Shown here one piece after another: positions 46,888 through 58,910 of a stretch of DNA of 64,000 bases. Each line of letters opens with the position of its first letter. Position 1 is the first letter of the stretch. The DNA comes from Malacoraja senta (taxonomy: Eukaryota), in NCBI GenBank assembly GCA_038087875.1, contig JAXLNO010003982.1, forward strand, positions 124,001-188,000. The letters are read 5' to 3'. The notes beneath the pieces are model-generated. The model was not told the DNA's origin, did no database searches, and saw only the letters and a program-made list of their open reading frames with translations. The translations under genes were made by a program, and so were the position numbers.

Positions 46888-47660
46888 TCAATAGACAATA
46901 GACAATAGGTGCAGGAGCAGGCCATTCGGCCCTTCCAGCCAGCACCGCCATTCAATGTGATCATGGCTGATCATCCCCAATCAGTAACCCGTTCCTGCCT
47001 TCTCCTCATATCCCCTGACTCCGCTATCTTTAAGAGCCCTACCGAGCTCTCTCTTGAAAGCATCCAGAGAACCGGCCTCCACCGCCCTCTGCGGCAGAGA
47101 ATTCCACAGACTCACAACTCTCTGTGAGAAAAAGTGTTTCCTCGTCTCCGTTCTAAATGGCTTACCTCTTATTCTTAAACTGTGGCCCCTGGTTCTGGAC
47201 TCCCCCAACATCAGGAACATGTTTCCTGCCTCTAGCGTGTCCAAACCCTTAACAATCATATGTTTCAATGAGATAGCCTCTCATCCTTCCAAAATCCAGA
47301 GTGTACAAGCCCAGCTGCTCCATTCTCTCAGCATATGTCAGTCCTGCCAACCCGGGAATTAACCTTGTAAACCTACCCTGCACTCCCTCAATAGCAAGAA
47401 TGTCCTTCCTCAAATTAGGGGACCAAAACTGCACACAATACTCCAGGTGTGGTCTCACTAGGGCTCTGTACAACTGCAGAAAGACCTCTTTGCTCTTATA
47501 CTCGACTACTCTTGTTATGAAGGCCAACATGCCATTCGCCACTCTCTGTGTGAAAAATGTTTTTCTCATCTTGGTCCTAAAAGATTTCCCCTTTATCCTT
47601 AAACTGTGACCCCTTGTTCTGGACTTCCCCAACATCGGGAACAATCTTCCTGCATCTAGC
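46888..47660 (-). mobile_element. Two juxtaposed CR1 3' fragments
   Basis: ORFs 46981-47268 and 47249-47644 with CR1 RT C-terminal motifs. Confidence 0.82.
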
Positions 47661-47679
47661 GCTAAACAATTTTGTACGT

Positions 47680-48447
47680 TTCTTTTTTTTTTAATATTTT
47701 AATTTTATTAGAAGTACAGTAATATGGCAACAAGGTGCCTAATATATATTGGCAGGTTACATTTTATGTACAGCTTCCTGTTTGTTTTTAATATTAAAAG
47801 AGAGAAAGAGAGAATAGATAATAAAAAATAGAAAAACATGTGATGTATGGTGTGTGAAAAGGAAAAGGGGGGAAAGAGGGAAAGTGGAGAAAAAAAAGGA
47901 GAGAGAAAGAGAAAGTAGAGAGTAGATTATAGGAGATAGTTATTTATATTCTTGACCATCCCTCACCCAGTCCTGAAACAGTTGGTTTCTATGATTTTGT
48001 TGCACCATATGCTTCCAAGAAGTCGATAAACGGAGACCAACTCGTCTGATTTGGTCTGATTTATCTATTAGGAGGAATCACCTTTCTTCAAGATGTGCAG
48101 TGTCCAACAAGTTTGAAATCCACATTTTAAGCGTTGGTATGGGTGTATTTTTCCAAAATTTAAGTATACGTTTTTTTCCCGTTAATAACCCATAATTAAA
48201 AAATGAATTTTGAAATGTGTTCAATTTTTTCCCGTCTTCCGTTACTCCAAATATAATAATTTCAGTGTTAGGCTCCATTTTTATCTTAAATAATTTTGTA
48301 AACATTTCAAAAATATCGCTCCAGAATTTATAAAGTTTTATGCAGGAAACAAAAGAGTGTGTTATATTGGCATTTTGAGATAAACATTTATCGCAAATGG
48401 GAGAAGTATTTGGATAGAATTTACTCAGTCTAGTTTTTGAATAATAT
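47680..48447 (-). mobile_element. L1-clade 3' fragment
   Basis: ORF 48078-48305 (GKKRILKFWK...LKMWI). Confidence 0.75.
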
Positions 48448-50292
48448 AAGTCAAGTCAAGTCAAGTCACATTATTTATACAGCACATTTAAAAAACAACT
48501 CTCGTTGGCCAAAGTGCTTTACATTTGTTATAAGAATAGCACAAGCAAAACAAACTACATACATATATAAATGTAGCCCTCATTCAGAGGACGTCAGGAA
48601 AGGTTTGGGAGTATAGATAAGTCTTTAGTCTTGAATTAAAAGAGTCGATGGAGGGGGCAGTTCTGATGGGAAAGGGGATGCTGTTCCACAGTCATGGGGC
48701 TGCAACCGCAAAGGCGCGGTCGCCCCTGAGCTTATGCCTAGACCGTGGGATATTCAGCAACCCCAAGTCGGCCGATCTGAGGGGCCTGGAGGTGGAGAGG
48801 TGGGTGAGAAGACTTTTTATGTAGGTGGGGGCAAGCCCATTGAGGGCTTTGTAGACATGGAGGAGGATCTTGAAGTTTATATGGAACCGCACAGGGAGAC
48901 AGTAGAGAGAGGCCAGGATCGGGGTGATGTGGTCCCTTTTTCGGGTGTCTGTCAGGAGTCTCGCTGCAGCATTTTGGACCAGTTGCAGGCGGGACAGGGA
49001 AGATTGGCTGATGCCAGTGTAAAGGGAGTTGCAGTAATCTAGGCGGGAGGAGATGAATGTGTGGATGATCTTTTCCAGGTCATCAAACTGGAGGAATTGT
49101 TTTATTTTAGCTATCGTCCGAAGCTGAAAGAAGCTAGCTTTTACCACGGCATTGGCTTGTTTGTCAAATTTCAGTGCTGAGTCAAATATCACGCCAAGGT
49201 TTTTGACGTGAGGTTTGAGTAGTGCGGTAAGGCTTCCAAGGCTGCCTGCTATCATTTTGATTGAGTCCGAGGGGCCGAGAAGGATGACCTCAGACTTACT
49301 CTCGTTCAGTTGGAGTTAGTTCTGGGCCATCCAACACTTTATATCCTTGAGGCAGTTGGTAAGGTTAAACAGATTTGATTGGTTTTTGGGCTTCAGGGGG
49401 AGATAGAGTTGTGTATCGTCTGCGTAGCAATGGAAGGAAATGCCGTGCCTTTCAATGACTTGGCCTTAGGGGAGCATATACAGGGAGAAGAGAATGGGGC
49501 CAAGGATGGAACCTTGTGGAACCGCACAGCAGAGATTAGCTGGGGAGGAGAATGAGTTGCCTATGTTAGTCGAGAAACTCCCACCTTTGAGGTAGGAGAT
49601 GAACCAGCTCAGGGCAGTGCCATCAATACCAACCCCATACCGGAGACGGTCAATTAGGATGGTGTGGTCGACAGTATCAAATGCTGCGCTGAGGTCAAGG
49701 AGGAGCAGAATTGCACAGTCGACGGAGTCAACGGTGAGCAGTAGGTCATTGTGTACCTTCAACAAGACAGACTCTGTGCTATGGTGAGCCCTGAAACCTG
49801 ATTGGGAAGTTTCCAAGATAGTGTTTTGGTGAAGGTAAGGTATAAGTTCACTTAAAATTACCTTATCAAGGGCTTTTGAGAGGAAAGGCAGTTTAGAAAT
49901 GGGTCTGTAGTTGCTTGGCAAGGTACGGTCGAGGTTAGGTTTTTTCAGGAGTAGTTGGACCACCGCATGCTTGAAGCAGGTAGGTACAGTGCCAGTCGCC
50001 AGAGAGCTGTTGAAGATGGCGAGGATGCTGGGACCAGCTGTTGTAATGACGTCCTTTAGGAGGGCAGAGGGGAGGGACAGTGTCGAGGGGGCAGGTAGTA
50101 GGTTTCATGGTGGTGATCAGTTTTACAAGGGAGGGTAGAGAAACGGGTTGGAAACAGTCTAATTTTGAAGAGCAGACCAATGAGACAGCCAGGTCACAGG
50201 TGGGAGGGGAAATATTCGTTCTTATATTCTTTACCTTGCTGGTGAAAAATGTGGTAAATTCCTCGCACTTAGCAGGGGACCCAGTTAGGGTC
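48448..50292 (-). mobile_element. L2-clade LINE, 5'-truncated
   Basis: RT motifs [49 protein letters not shown] and SRLDYCNSL; (CTTGA)n tail. Confidence 0.9.
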
Positions 50293-50570
50293 TGTACCTG
50301 AACATGCAATTTTTCCATATTAGAACAATAAGCTTTAAGCCCATAGAATGTTCCTAATAGCTCTAGGTAATTTATACCTTGATTTTCAAGCAAAGGTACT
50401 TTCTCCACATTCCATCTACCTCCACAGCTGGAAACAGTATTAGTTGCGCCCCATCCTAGAGCATTTACATCAGTCTGTAGAATAACGGAAGGTGTTTCTA
50501 CCAGAATTTGTCTGGAAGCATTAGAGACATTGTTAATCCACTATTTTAATTCCTTAATAGGCTCAATTGT
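50293..50570 (-). mobile_element. DIRS-type retrotransposon RNase H relic
   Basis: ILQTDVNALGWGA...GGRW...GINYLELLGTFYGLKAYC...HVQVQ resembles the DIRS TDAS..GWGA / HINxLEL pattern. Confidence 0.65.
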
Positions 50571-50904
50571 CAATTGCAGGAAGATTGTTCCCGATGTTGG
50601 GGAAGTCCAGAACAAGGGGTCACAGTTTAAGGATAAAGGGGAAATCTTTTTGGACCAAGATGAGAAAAACATTTTTCACAGAGTGGTGAATCTGTGGAAT
50701 TCTCTGCCACAGAAGGTAATTGAGGCCAGTTCATTGGCTATATTTAAGAGGGAATTAGATGTGGCCCTTGTGGCTAAAGGGATCAGGGGGTATGGAGAGA
50801 AAGCAGGTACAGGATACGGAGTTGGATGATCAGCGATGATCATATTGAATGGCGGCGCAGGCTCAAAGGGCCAAATGGTCTACTCCTGCACCTATTGTCT
50901 ATGT

Positions 50905-52450
50905 TCCTATGGACGTGCCCTGACCAAAGATGGCCGCCTCCCCGATCTCACCTCCATGTTGACTGCAATGTGCCCTGACCAAAGATGGCCACCACCTGGA
51001 GAAGAGAGGGAAAATAAGATAGAGAAGGAGAGAGAGAGAAGAGAAGGAGAAGAGGAAGCCAGAGAAGGGGAGAGAGAGAAAGAAGGAGCGAGACAGGGAA
51101 AAAAATGAAGGCTGCCTGTAGCTAGGATGGCCGTCCAGGGCTTCTCTCCCATTGACTACAATGGAAGACTGGCAGTAGACAAGATGGCCGACCAGGGCTT
51201 CACTCCCAATGGACTACAATGGCAGACTTCCAGTAGACAAGATGGCCACCTGCAGCTCCACAGGGAAATGCCAGCATCCAATATGGCCGCCTACGGCTTC
51301 ACGCTCATTGACTTCAATGGCTGGCTTCAACATCCCCCTCTCTCTCTCTCCATCTCTCTCTCGCTCCTCTTTCCCCGGTGGCCATTTTGTTGTCAACCTC
51401 CATTGATAGCCAATCTTCAATACCTCCTTATTCTCACCCCTGGAGCGCTGCTGACCCCGGGTTCTTCCACGGGAAAGAGTCCCGTTGGGAGGGAGGGAGG
51501 GATTGAGAGGAAGGGAGGGGTACGGAGGCAGACATGCTGAAGATGAAACATAGAAACATAGAAAATAGGTGCAGGAGGAGGCCATTCGGCCATTCGAGCC
51601 TGCACCGCCATTCATTGTGATCATGGCTGATCGTCCCCTATCAAAAACCCGTGCCTGCCTTCTCCCCATATCCCTTGACTCCTCTAGCCCCTAGAGCTCT
51701 ATCTAACTCTCTCTTAAATCCATCCAGTGATTTGGCCTCCACTGCCCTCTGTGGCAGGGACTTCCATAAATTCACAACTTTTTGGGAGAAAACATTTTTT
51801 CTCACCTCAGTCTTAAATGACCTCCCCTTTATTCTAAGACTGTGGCCCCTGGTTCTGGAATCGCCCAACATTATGAAAATTTTTCCTGCATCGAGCTTGT
51901 CTGGGGACACTTACCCTGACGGTGGTCATTTTGTTGTCAACCTCCATAGTTGGTCAATCTTCCATCCCTCCTTAATCTCACCCCTGGAGGCCTGCTGACC
52001 CCGGGTTCTTCCCCGGGAGAGTGCCCCGTTGGGAGGGAGGGAGGGATTAAGAGGAAAGGAGGGCACAGAGGCGGAAATGATGAATGAATTAATGTTTATT
52101 GGCCAAGTATTCACATACAAGGAATTTGCCTTGGTGCTCCGCCCGCAAGTGACCACATGACATACAGTGACAGTTAGGAATGACGTATAAAACATTAATA
52201 ATAACACATTAGCGATTAAACATGTGAATTAAATAAAATACCAAAGCAAAAGGAGGCGACAGATTTTTGATTACTACTTGTGGAACAAAAAGCTGTTTTT
52301 ATGTCTGGCTGTGGCGGCCATGACAGTCCGGAGTCACCTTCAGAGGGAAGTGACACAAAGAGAAGACACTTAACCTAACGGCGGCCATTTTGTTGTCGAC
52401 CTCCATTGTTGGCCAATCTTCAGTCCCTCCTAAATCTCACCCTGGAGCTG
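50905..52450. repeat. Composite repeat rich in AAGATGGCC/GGCCATTTTG motifs, interrupted by a CR1 fragment (about 51545-51905, -)
   Basis: About 9 ATGGCC/GGCCAT-type cores; three copies of a unit up to about 140 bp at about 51380, 51920 and 52380. Confidence 0.65.
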
Positions 52451-52893
52451 TTTAAATCTCATCTCCATTCTATCCTTTTCTCTCTCCCCCCCCTCTCCCT
52501 TCTCTTTCCCCCCTCTCACTTTACGTCTCTCTCCCCCCTCACCCTCTCTTTTTCCCTCTCTCTCTTTATAAACTAAACTTGTCAGCTAAACTATAATAAA
52601 ATGAACTAAAAACAGTCTAACTTTCTCCCCCCTCTCCCTCCCTCTTTCTCTCCCCCTCTCTCTCGCCCCTCTCTCTCTCCGCTCTCTCTCCCCCATCCCC
52701 CTTCTCTCCCCCATCTTTCTCCCCTCTCTCACCCCCTCTATCTCTTTTCCTCTCCCTCCTCTCTCTCTCCCCTCTGTCTCTCCCCCCCTCTCTTCCCCAC
52801 CCTCTCTCTCTCTTTATAAACAAAACTTACATCAGCTAAACTATAATAAATTAAACTAAAAACTGTCAAACTCTCTCTCACCCCCTCTCTCAC

Positions 52894-52929
<36 letters not shown>

Positions 52930-53020
52930 CTCTCTCTTTATAAACTAAATTTAAGTCAGCTAAACTATAATAAACTAAACAAAAAACTAAATCTTTCTCC
53001 CCCTCTCCCTGTCTCGAATT
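52450..53020. repeat. CT-rich low-complexity tract with three copies of a TTTATAAAC..CAGCTAAACTATAATAAA unit
   Basis: Units at about 52560, 52812 and 52935. Confidence 0.8.
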
Positions 53021-53049
53021 AGACTTTATTAATTGAATTAGACTTTATT

Positions 53050-53835
53050 AATCCCCTTATTCAAGGGAAATTCAGATGTCCTTGCAGCACACTAATAAAA
53101 TACAACATAGTATTAAAAAGAAGTTCAACACCAAAACATCCCCCCACAGTGGTTCCCACTGTGGGGGAAGGCACAAAGTCCAGTCCCCATCCTCTTGTCC
53201 ACCCAGAGTCGGGCCTATTGAGGCCTCCACAGTCGCCGCCACGGCGCCCGATGTTCTCGCCGGTTGATGGTGCTCCGGCATCAGGAGAACCCCCAGCGGC
53301 TTGGGGTACCAGGAACGACCACCTTCCCACCGGAGACCGCGGCTTTCAAGCCAACCGACCGCGCCGGACGGAGCTCCTCACACTGGCAATCTCAGCAAGA
53401 GATCCCAGGCTCCGGGATGTACCATTCAGCGTCGCAGCTGGCCGCTCCACAGAACCGCTGCTCCACGATGTTCTCATCGGCAGTCCCAGCATACTGGAGT
53501 TCCAGCGCGGCGACCCAGGAAAGGCATCGCCCGCTCCACGACAGCGCTCCAGCGCTGCACCGCCGCCAAAGCCGATGTTCTGGCCAGGTCCCCTCAGGGA
53601 AACGTCGCTCCAGGACCCGCTGGTAGGCCGCAAGGACAGGTCGAAGGCGCTGCTCGGAGGAAGGCAACCCCTCCGACCAGGTAGGGACTCGAAAAGCAGT
53701 TTCCCCCTCCCCCCCCACACATAAAATGATTAGGCCCCCTGACTACACACTCAACGTACTAAAAATAATAAAAAAAGAAGGGAAAAAACGGACAGCTGCA
53801 GGACAGGCAGCCGTTCTGGACAGCGCCTCCTTACA
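53050..53835 (-). mobile_element. GC-rich non-autonomous LINE-dependent (L2-tail-like) element; similar type at about 12690-13330
   Basis: Short-repeat tail ending in AATAAAGTCTAAT on the minus strand; no credible ORF. Confidence 0.35.
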
Positions 53836-53939
53836 TCTACTCGATATTAAATTAAATGTATGATTTCTATAACTTTCAATAGACTTTATGGAATTCTTTA
53901 GACTGATTTAAATTGCTGCAGACACAACAAGAGCTGCAA

Positions 53940-54766
53940 GCAGAAATAGTGGATGCATTAGTGATAATTTTTCAAAACTCTTTAGATTCTGGAGTAGTTC
54001 CTGAGGATTGGAGGGTAGCAAACATAACACCACTTTTTAAGAAGGGAGGGAGAGAGAAAACGGGGAATTACAGACCAGTTAGTCTAACATCGGTAGTGGG
54101 GAAACTGCTAGAGTCAGTTATTAAAGATGGGATAGCAGCACATTTGGAAAGTGGTGAAATCATTGGACAAAGTCAGCATGGATTTACAAAAGGTAAATCA
54201 TGTCTGACGAATCTTATAGAATTTTTCGAGGATGTAACTAGTAGAGTGGATAGGGGAGAGCCAGTGGATGTGTTGTATCTGGACTTTCAGAAGGCTTTTG
54301 ACAAGGTCCCACATAAGAGATTAGTATACAAACTTAAAGCACACGGTATTGGAGGTTCAGTATTGATGTGGATAGAGAACTGGCTGGCAAACAGGAAGCA
54401 AAGAGTAGGAGTAAACGGGTCCTTTTCACAATGGCAGGCAGTGACTAGAGGGGTACCGCAAGGCTCAGTGCTGGAACCCCAGCTATTTACAATTTATATT
54501 AATGAGCTTGATGAGGGAATTGAAGGCAACATCTCCAAGTTTGCCGATGACACTAAGCTGGGGGGCAGTGTTAGCTGTGAGGAGGATGCTAGGAGCCTTC
54601 AAGGTGGCTTGGATAGGCTGGGTGAGTGGGCAAATGTTTGGCAGATGCATTATAATGTGGATAAATGTGAGGTTATCCACTTTGGTGGCAAAAACAGGAA
54701 AGTAGACTATTATCTAAATGGTGGCCGATTAGGAAAAGGGGAGATGCAGCGAGACCTGGGTGTCAT
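53940..54766 (+). mobile_element. CR1 host fragment (same family as the full-length copies); continues at 59704-59997
   Basis: ORF 53913-54896 nearly matches ORF2 of the full-length copies. Sequence resumes with GGTACACCAGTCATTGAAAG after copy 2. Confidence 0.9.
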
Positions 54767-54858
54767 ACATAGATACATAGAAATTAGGTGCAGGAGTAGG
54801 CCATTCGGCCCTTCGAGCCTGCACCGCCATTCAATACGATCATGGCTGATCATCCAAC

Positions 54859-57800
54859 TCAGTATCCCGTACCTGCCTTTTCTCCATACCCCCTGATCCC
54901 TTTAGCCACAAGGGCCACATCTAATTCCCTCTTAAATATAGCCAATGAACTGGCCTCAACTACCCTCTGTGGCAGAGAGTTCCAGAGATTCACCACTCTC
55001 TGTGTGAAAAAGTTTTTCCTCATCTCGGTCTTAAAGGATTTTCCCCTTATCCTTAAGCTGTGACCCCTTGTCCTGGACTTCCCCAACATCGGGAACAATC
55101 TTCCTGCATCTAGCCTGTCCAACCCCATAAGAATCTTGTACGTTTCTATAAGATCCCCTCTCAATCTCCTAAATTCTAGCGAGTATAAGCCAAGTCTATC
55201 CAGTCTTTCTTCATATGAAAGTCCTGACATCCCAGGAATCAGTCTGGTGAACCTTCTCTGCACTCCCTCTATGGCTATAATGTCCTTCCTCAGATTTGGA
55301 GACCAAAACTGTACGCAAAACTCCAGGTGTGGTCTCACCAAGACCCTGTACAACTGCAGTAGAACCTCACTGCTCCTATACTCAAATCCTCTTGCTATGA
55401 AGGCCAACATACCATTCGCTTTCTTCACTGCCTGCTGCACCTGCATGCCTACTTTCAATGACTGGTGTACCATGACACCCAGGTCTCGCTGCATCTCCCC
55501 ATTTCCTAATCGGCCACCATTTAGATAATAGTCTGCCTTCCCGTTTTTGCTACCAAAGTGGATAACCTCACATTTATCCACATTATACTGCATCTGCCAA
55601 ACATTTGCCCACTCACCCAGCCTATCCAAGTCACCTTGCAGTCTCCTAGCATCCTCCTCACAGCTAACACTGCCCCCCAGCTTAGTGTCATCCGCAAACT
55701 TGGAGATGTTGCTTTCAATTCCCTCGTCCAGATCATTAATATAAATTGTAAATAGCTGGGGTCCCAGCACTGAGCCTTGTGGTACCCCACTAGTCACTGC
55801 CTGCCATTGTGAAAAGGACCCATTTACTCCTACTCTTTGCTTCCTGTTTGCCAGCCAGTTCTCTATCCACATCAATACTGAACCCCCAATACCGTGTGAT
55901 TTAAGTTTGTATCCTAATCTCTTATGTGGTACCTTGTCGAAAGCCTTCTGAAAGTCCAGATACAACACATCCACTGGTTCTCCCCTATCCACTCTACTAG
56001 TTACATCCTCGAAAAATTCTATAAGATTCGTCAGACACGATTTACCTTTCGTAAATCCATGCTGACTTTGTCCAATGATTTCACCACTTTCCAAATGTGC
56101 TGCTATCCCATCTTTAATAACTGACTCTAGCAGTTTCCCCACTACCGATGTTAGACTAACTGGTCTGTAATTCCCCGTTTTCTCTCTCCCTCCCTTCTTA
56201 AAAAGTGGGGTTACGTTTGCTACCCTCCAATCCTCAGGAACTACTCCAGAATCTAAAGAGTTTTGAAAAATTATCACTAATGCATCCACTATTTCTGGAG
56301 CTACTTCCTTAAGTACTCTGGGATGCAGCCTATCTGGCCCTGGTGATTTATCGGCCTTTAATCCATTCAATTTATCCAACACCACTTCCCGACTAACCTG
56401 GATTTCACTCAGTTCCTCCATCTCCTTTGACCCGCGGCCCCCTGCTATTTCCGGCAGATTATTTATGTCTTCCTTAGTGAAGACGGAACCAAAGTAGTTA
56501 TTCAATTGGTCTGCCATATCCTTGTTCCCCATGATCAATTCACCTGTTTCTGACTGCAAGGGACCTACATTTGATTTAACTAATCTCTTTCTCTTCACAT
56601 ATCTATAAAAACTTTTGCAGTCAGTTTTTATGTTCCCTGCCAGTTTCCTTTCATAATCTATTTTCCCTTTCCTAATTAAGCCCTTTGTCCTCCTCTGCTG
56701 GTCTCTGAATTTCTCCCAGTCCTCTGGTATGCTGCTTTTTCTGGCTAATTTGTACGCATCATCTTTTGCTTTGATACTATCCCTGATTTCCCTTGTTATC
56801 CACGGATGCACTACCTTCCTTGATTTATTCTTTTGCCAAACTGGGATGAACAATTTTTGTAGTTCATCCATGCAGTCTTTAAATGCCTTCCATTGCATAT
56901 CCACCGTCAACCCTTTTAGAACTAATTGCCAGTCAATCTTGGCCAATTCATGTCTCATACCCTCAAAGTTACCTTTCTTTAAGTTCAGAACCGTTGTTTC
57001 TGAATTAACAATGTCACTCTCCATCCTAATGAAGAACTCAACCATATTATGATCACTCTTGCCCAAGGGGGCACGCACAACAAGTCTGCTAACTAACCCT
57101 TCCTCATTACTCAATACCCAGTCTAGAATAGCCTGCTCTCTCGTTGGTTCCTCTACATGTTGGTTTAGATAACTATCCCTCATACATTCCAAGAAATCCT
57201 CTTCCTCAGCACCCCTGCCAATTTGATTCACCCAATCTATATGTAGATTGAAGTCACCCATTATAACTGTTTTGCCTTTGTTGCACGCATTTCTAATTTC
57301 CTGTTTGATGCCATCCCCAACTTCACTACTACTGCTAGGTGGCCTGTACACAACGCCCACCAGCGTTTTCTGCCCCTTAGTGTTTCGCAGCTCTACCCAT
57401 ACCGATTCCACATCCTCCAAGCTAATGTCCTTCCTTTCCACTGCGTTAATCTCCTCTCTAACCAGCAACGCCACCCCACCTCCTTTTCCTTTCTCTCTAT
57501 CCCTCCTGAATATTGAATATCCCTGGATGTTCAGCTCCCAGCCTTGGTCACCTTGGAGCCATGTCTCCGTGATCCCAACTATATCATAATCATTGATTGC
57601 TATCTGCACGTTCAACTCATCCACCTTATTACGAATGCTCCTTGCATTGAGACACAAAGCCTTCAGACTTGTTTTTACAACGCTCTTACCCCTTATACAA
57701 TTATGTTGAAAAGTGGCTCTTTTTGATTTTTGTCCTGGATTTGTCTGCCTGCCACTTTTACCTTTCACCTTGCTACCTATTGCTTCCGCCCGCATTTTAC

Positions 57801-58158
57801 ACCCCTCTGTTTCTCTGCTCACCCATTTAAGAACCTCACCACCTCTTATTCTCTGTTTATTATTGTTTTCTTCTTTCCCCCCTACATGTTGGGTCTGAGT
57901 GCTTTCCTTCTCTGCCTCCTGCCTCACACACTGTCTAATAGCATTCTCTATTTGAGTCCCTCCCCCCAACCATTCTAGTTTAAAGTCTCCCCAGTAGCCT
58001 TTGCAGATCTCCCCGCCAGGATATCGGTCCCCCTCAGGTTCAAGTGCAACCCATCCTTTTTGTACAGGTCGAACCTTCCACAAAAGAAGTCCCAATGATC
58101 CAGAAATTTGAATCCCTGCCTTCTGCACCAGTCCTTCAGCCACGCATTTATCCTCCAC
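54859..58158 (-). CDS. CR1 ORF2p (APE endonuclease plus reverse transcriptase); true start uncertain
   Basis: LNARSIRNK, GITETW, YRPP, GDFN and SDH (APE); [26 protein letters not shown] and FADDTK (RT). Open for 1099 codons. Confidence 0.93.
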   Translation of the reverse strand: MEDKCVAEGLVQKAGIQISGSLGLLLWKVRPVQKGWVALEPEGDRYPGGEICKGYWGDFKLEWLGGGTQIENAIRQCVRQEAEKESTQTQHVGGKEENNNKQRIRGGEVLKWVSRETEGCKMRAEAIGSKVKGKSGRQTNPGQKSKRATFQHNCIRGKSVVKTSLKALCLNARSIRNKVDELNVQIAINDYDIVGITETWLQGDQGWELNIQGYSIFRRDREKGKGGGVALLVREEINAVERKDISLEDVESVWVELRNTKGQKTLVGVVYRPPSSSSEVGDGIKQEIRNACNKGKTVIMGDFNLHIDWVNQIGRGAEEEDFLECMRDSYLNQHVEEPTREQAILDWVLSNEEGLVSRLVVRAPLGKSDHNMVEFFIRMESDIVNSETTVLNLKKGNFEGMRHELAKIDWQLVLKGLTVDMQWKAFKDCMDELQKLFIPVWQKNKSRKVVHPWITREIRDSIKAKDDAYKLARKSSIPEDWEKFRDQQRRTKGLIRKGKIDYERKLAGNIKTDCKSFYRYVKRKRLVKSNVGPLQSETGELIMGNKDMADQLNNYFGSVFTKEDINNLPEIAGGRGSKEMEELSEIQVSREVVLDKLNGLKADKSPGPDRLHPRVLKEVAPEIVDALVIIFQNSLDSGVVPEDWRVANVTPLFKKGGREKTGNYRPVSLTSVVGKLLESVIKDGIAAHLESGEIIGQSQHGFTKGKSCLTNLIEFFEDVTSRVDRGEPVDVLYLDFQKAFDKVPHKRLGYKLKSHGIGGSVLMWIENWLANRKQRVGVNGSFSQWQAVTSGVPQGSVLGPQLFTIYINDLDEGIESNISKFADDTKLGGSVSCEEDARRLQGDLDRLGEWANVWQMQYNVDKCEVIHFGSKNGKADYYLNGGRLGNGEMQRDLGVMVHQSLKVGMQVQQAVKKANGMLAFIARGFEYRSSEVLLQLYRVLVRPHLEFCVQFWSPNLRKDIIAIEGVQRRFTRLIPGMSGLSYEERLDRLGLYSLEFRRLRGDLIETYKILMGLDRLDAGRLFPMLGKSRTRGHSLRIRGKSFKTEMRKNFFTQRVVNLWNSLPQRVVEASSLAIFKRELDVALVAKGIRGYGEKAGTGY

Positions 58159-58910
58159 CTCGCTCCATTCCTACTCTCACTGTCGCGTGGTACAGGCAGT
58201 AATCCCGAGATTGTTACCTTTGCTGTCCTTCTCTTTAACTCCCCTCCTAACTCCCTAAATTCTCCTTTCAGGACCTCTTCTCTTTTTTTACCTATGTCAT
58301 TGGTACCTATATGTATCACGACCTCGGGCTCCTCTCCCTGCCCTTTCAGGATGTCTTGGACACGTTGGGACACATCACAGACCCTGGCACCAGGGAGGCA
58401 AACTACCATCCGGGTCTCCCGACTGCGTCCACAGAATCGCCTGTCTGACCCCCTAACTATAGAGTCCCCTATTAATATTGCCCTCCTCTTCTTTTCCTTA
58501 CCCTTCTGAGCAACAGGACCGGTCTCTATACCGGAGGCCCGGCCGCTGTCGCTACCCCCAGGTAGGCTGTCCACCCCAACAGTGCTCAAACAGGAGTACT
58601 TATTGTCAAGGTGTACAGCCACCGGGGTACTCTCTAGTCCCTGCCTGTGCCCCTTGCCTCTCCCAACCGTGATCCACTTGCCTGCCTCCTGTGGTGTTGG
58701 AGTGACCACATCCCTGTAACTCCTCTCAATGACTTCCTCGCTCTCCCTGACCAGACGGAGGTCATCGAGCTGCTGCTCCAGGTTCCTAATACGGTCCATT
58801 AGGAGCCCCATCTCGATACACCTGGCGCAGATGTGGACGTCTGGAGGGCTAACAGACTCCATGACTTCCCACATCTGACATCCAGAACAGTAAACTGCCC
58901 TGGCCGTCAT
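57975..58910 (-). CDS. CR1 ORF1p (esterase type), 311 aa
   Basis: ATG of MTARAVYC at 58910; differs from copy 1 at about 2 residues. Confidence 0.92.
   Translation of the reverse strand: MTARAVYCSGCQMWEVMESVSPPDVHICARCIEMGLLMDRIRNLEQQLDDLRLVRESEEVIERSYRDVVTPTPQEAGKWITVGRGKGHRQGLESTPVAVHLDNKYSCLSTVGVDSLPGGSDSGRASGIETGPVAQKGKEKKRRAILIGDSIVRGSDRRFCGRSRETRMVVCLPGARVCDVSQRVQDILKGQGEEPEVVIHIGTNDIGKKREEVLKGEFRELGGELKRRTAKVTISGLLPVPRDSESRNGARWRINAWLKDWCRRQGFKFLDHWDFFCGRFDLYKKDGLHLNLRGTDILAGRSAKATGETLN

Noticed and set aside
53149-53724. Several 100-190-aa Pro/Arg-rich ORFs
   Set aside because: GC-rich repeat interior open in multiple frames; no domain recognised.
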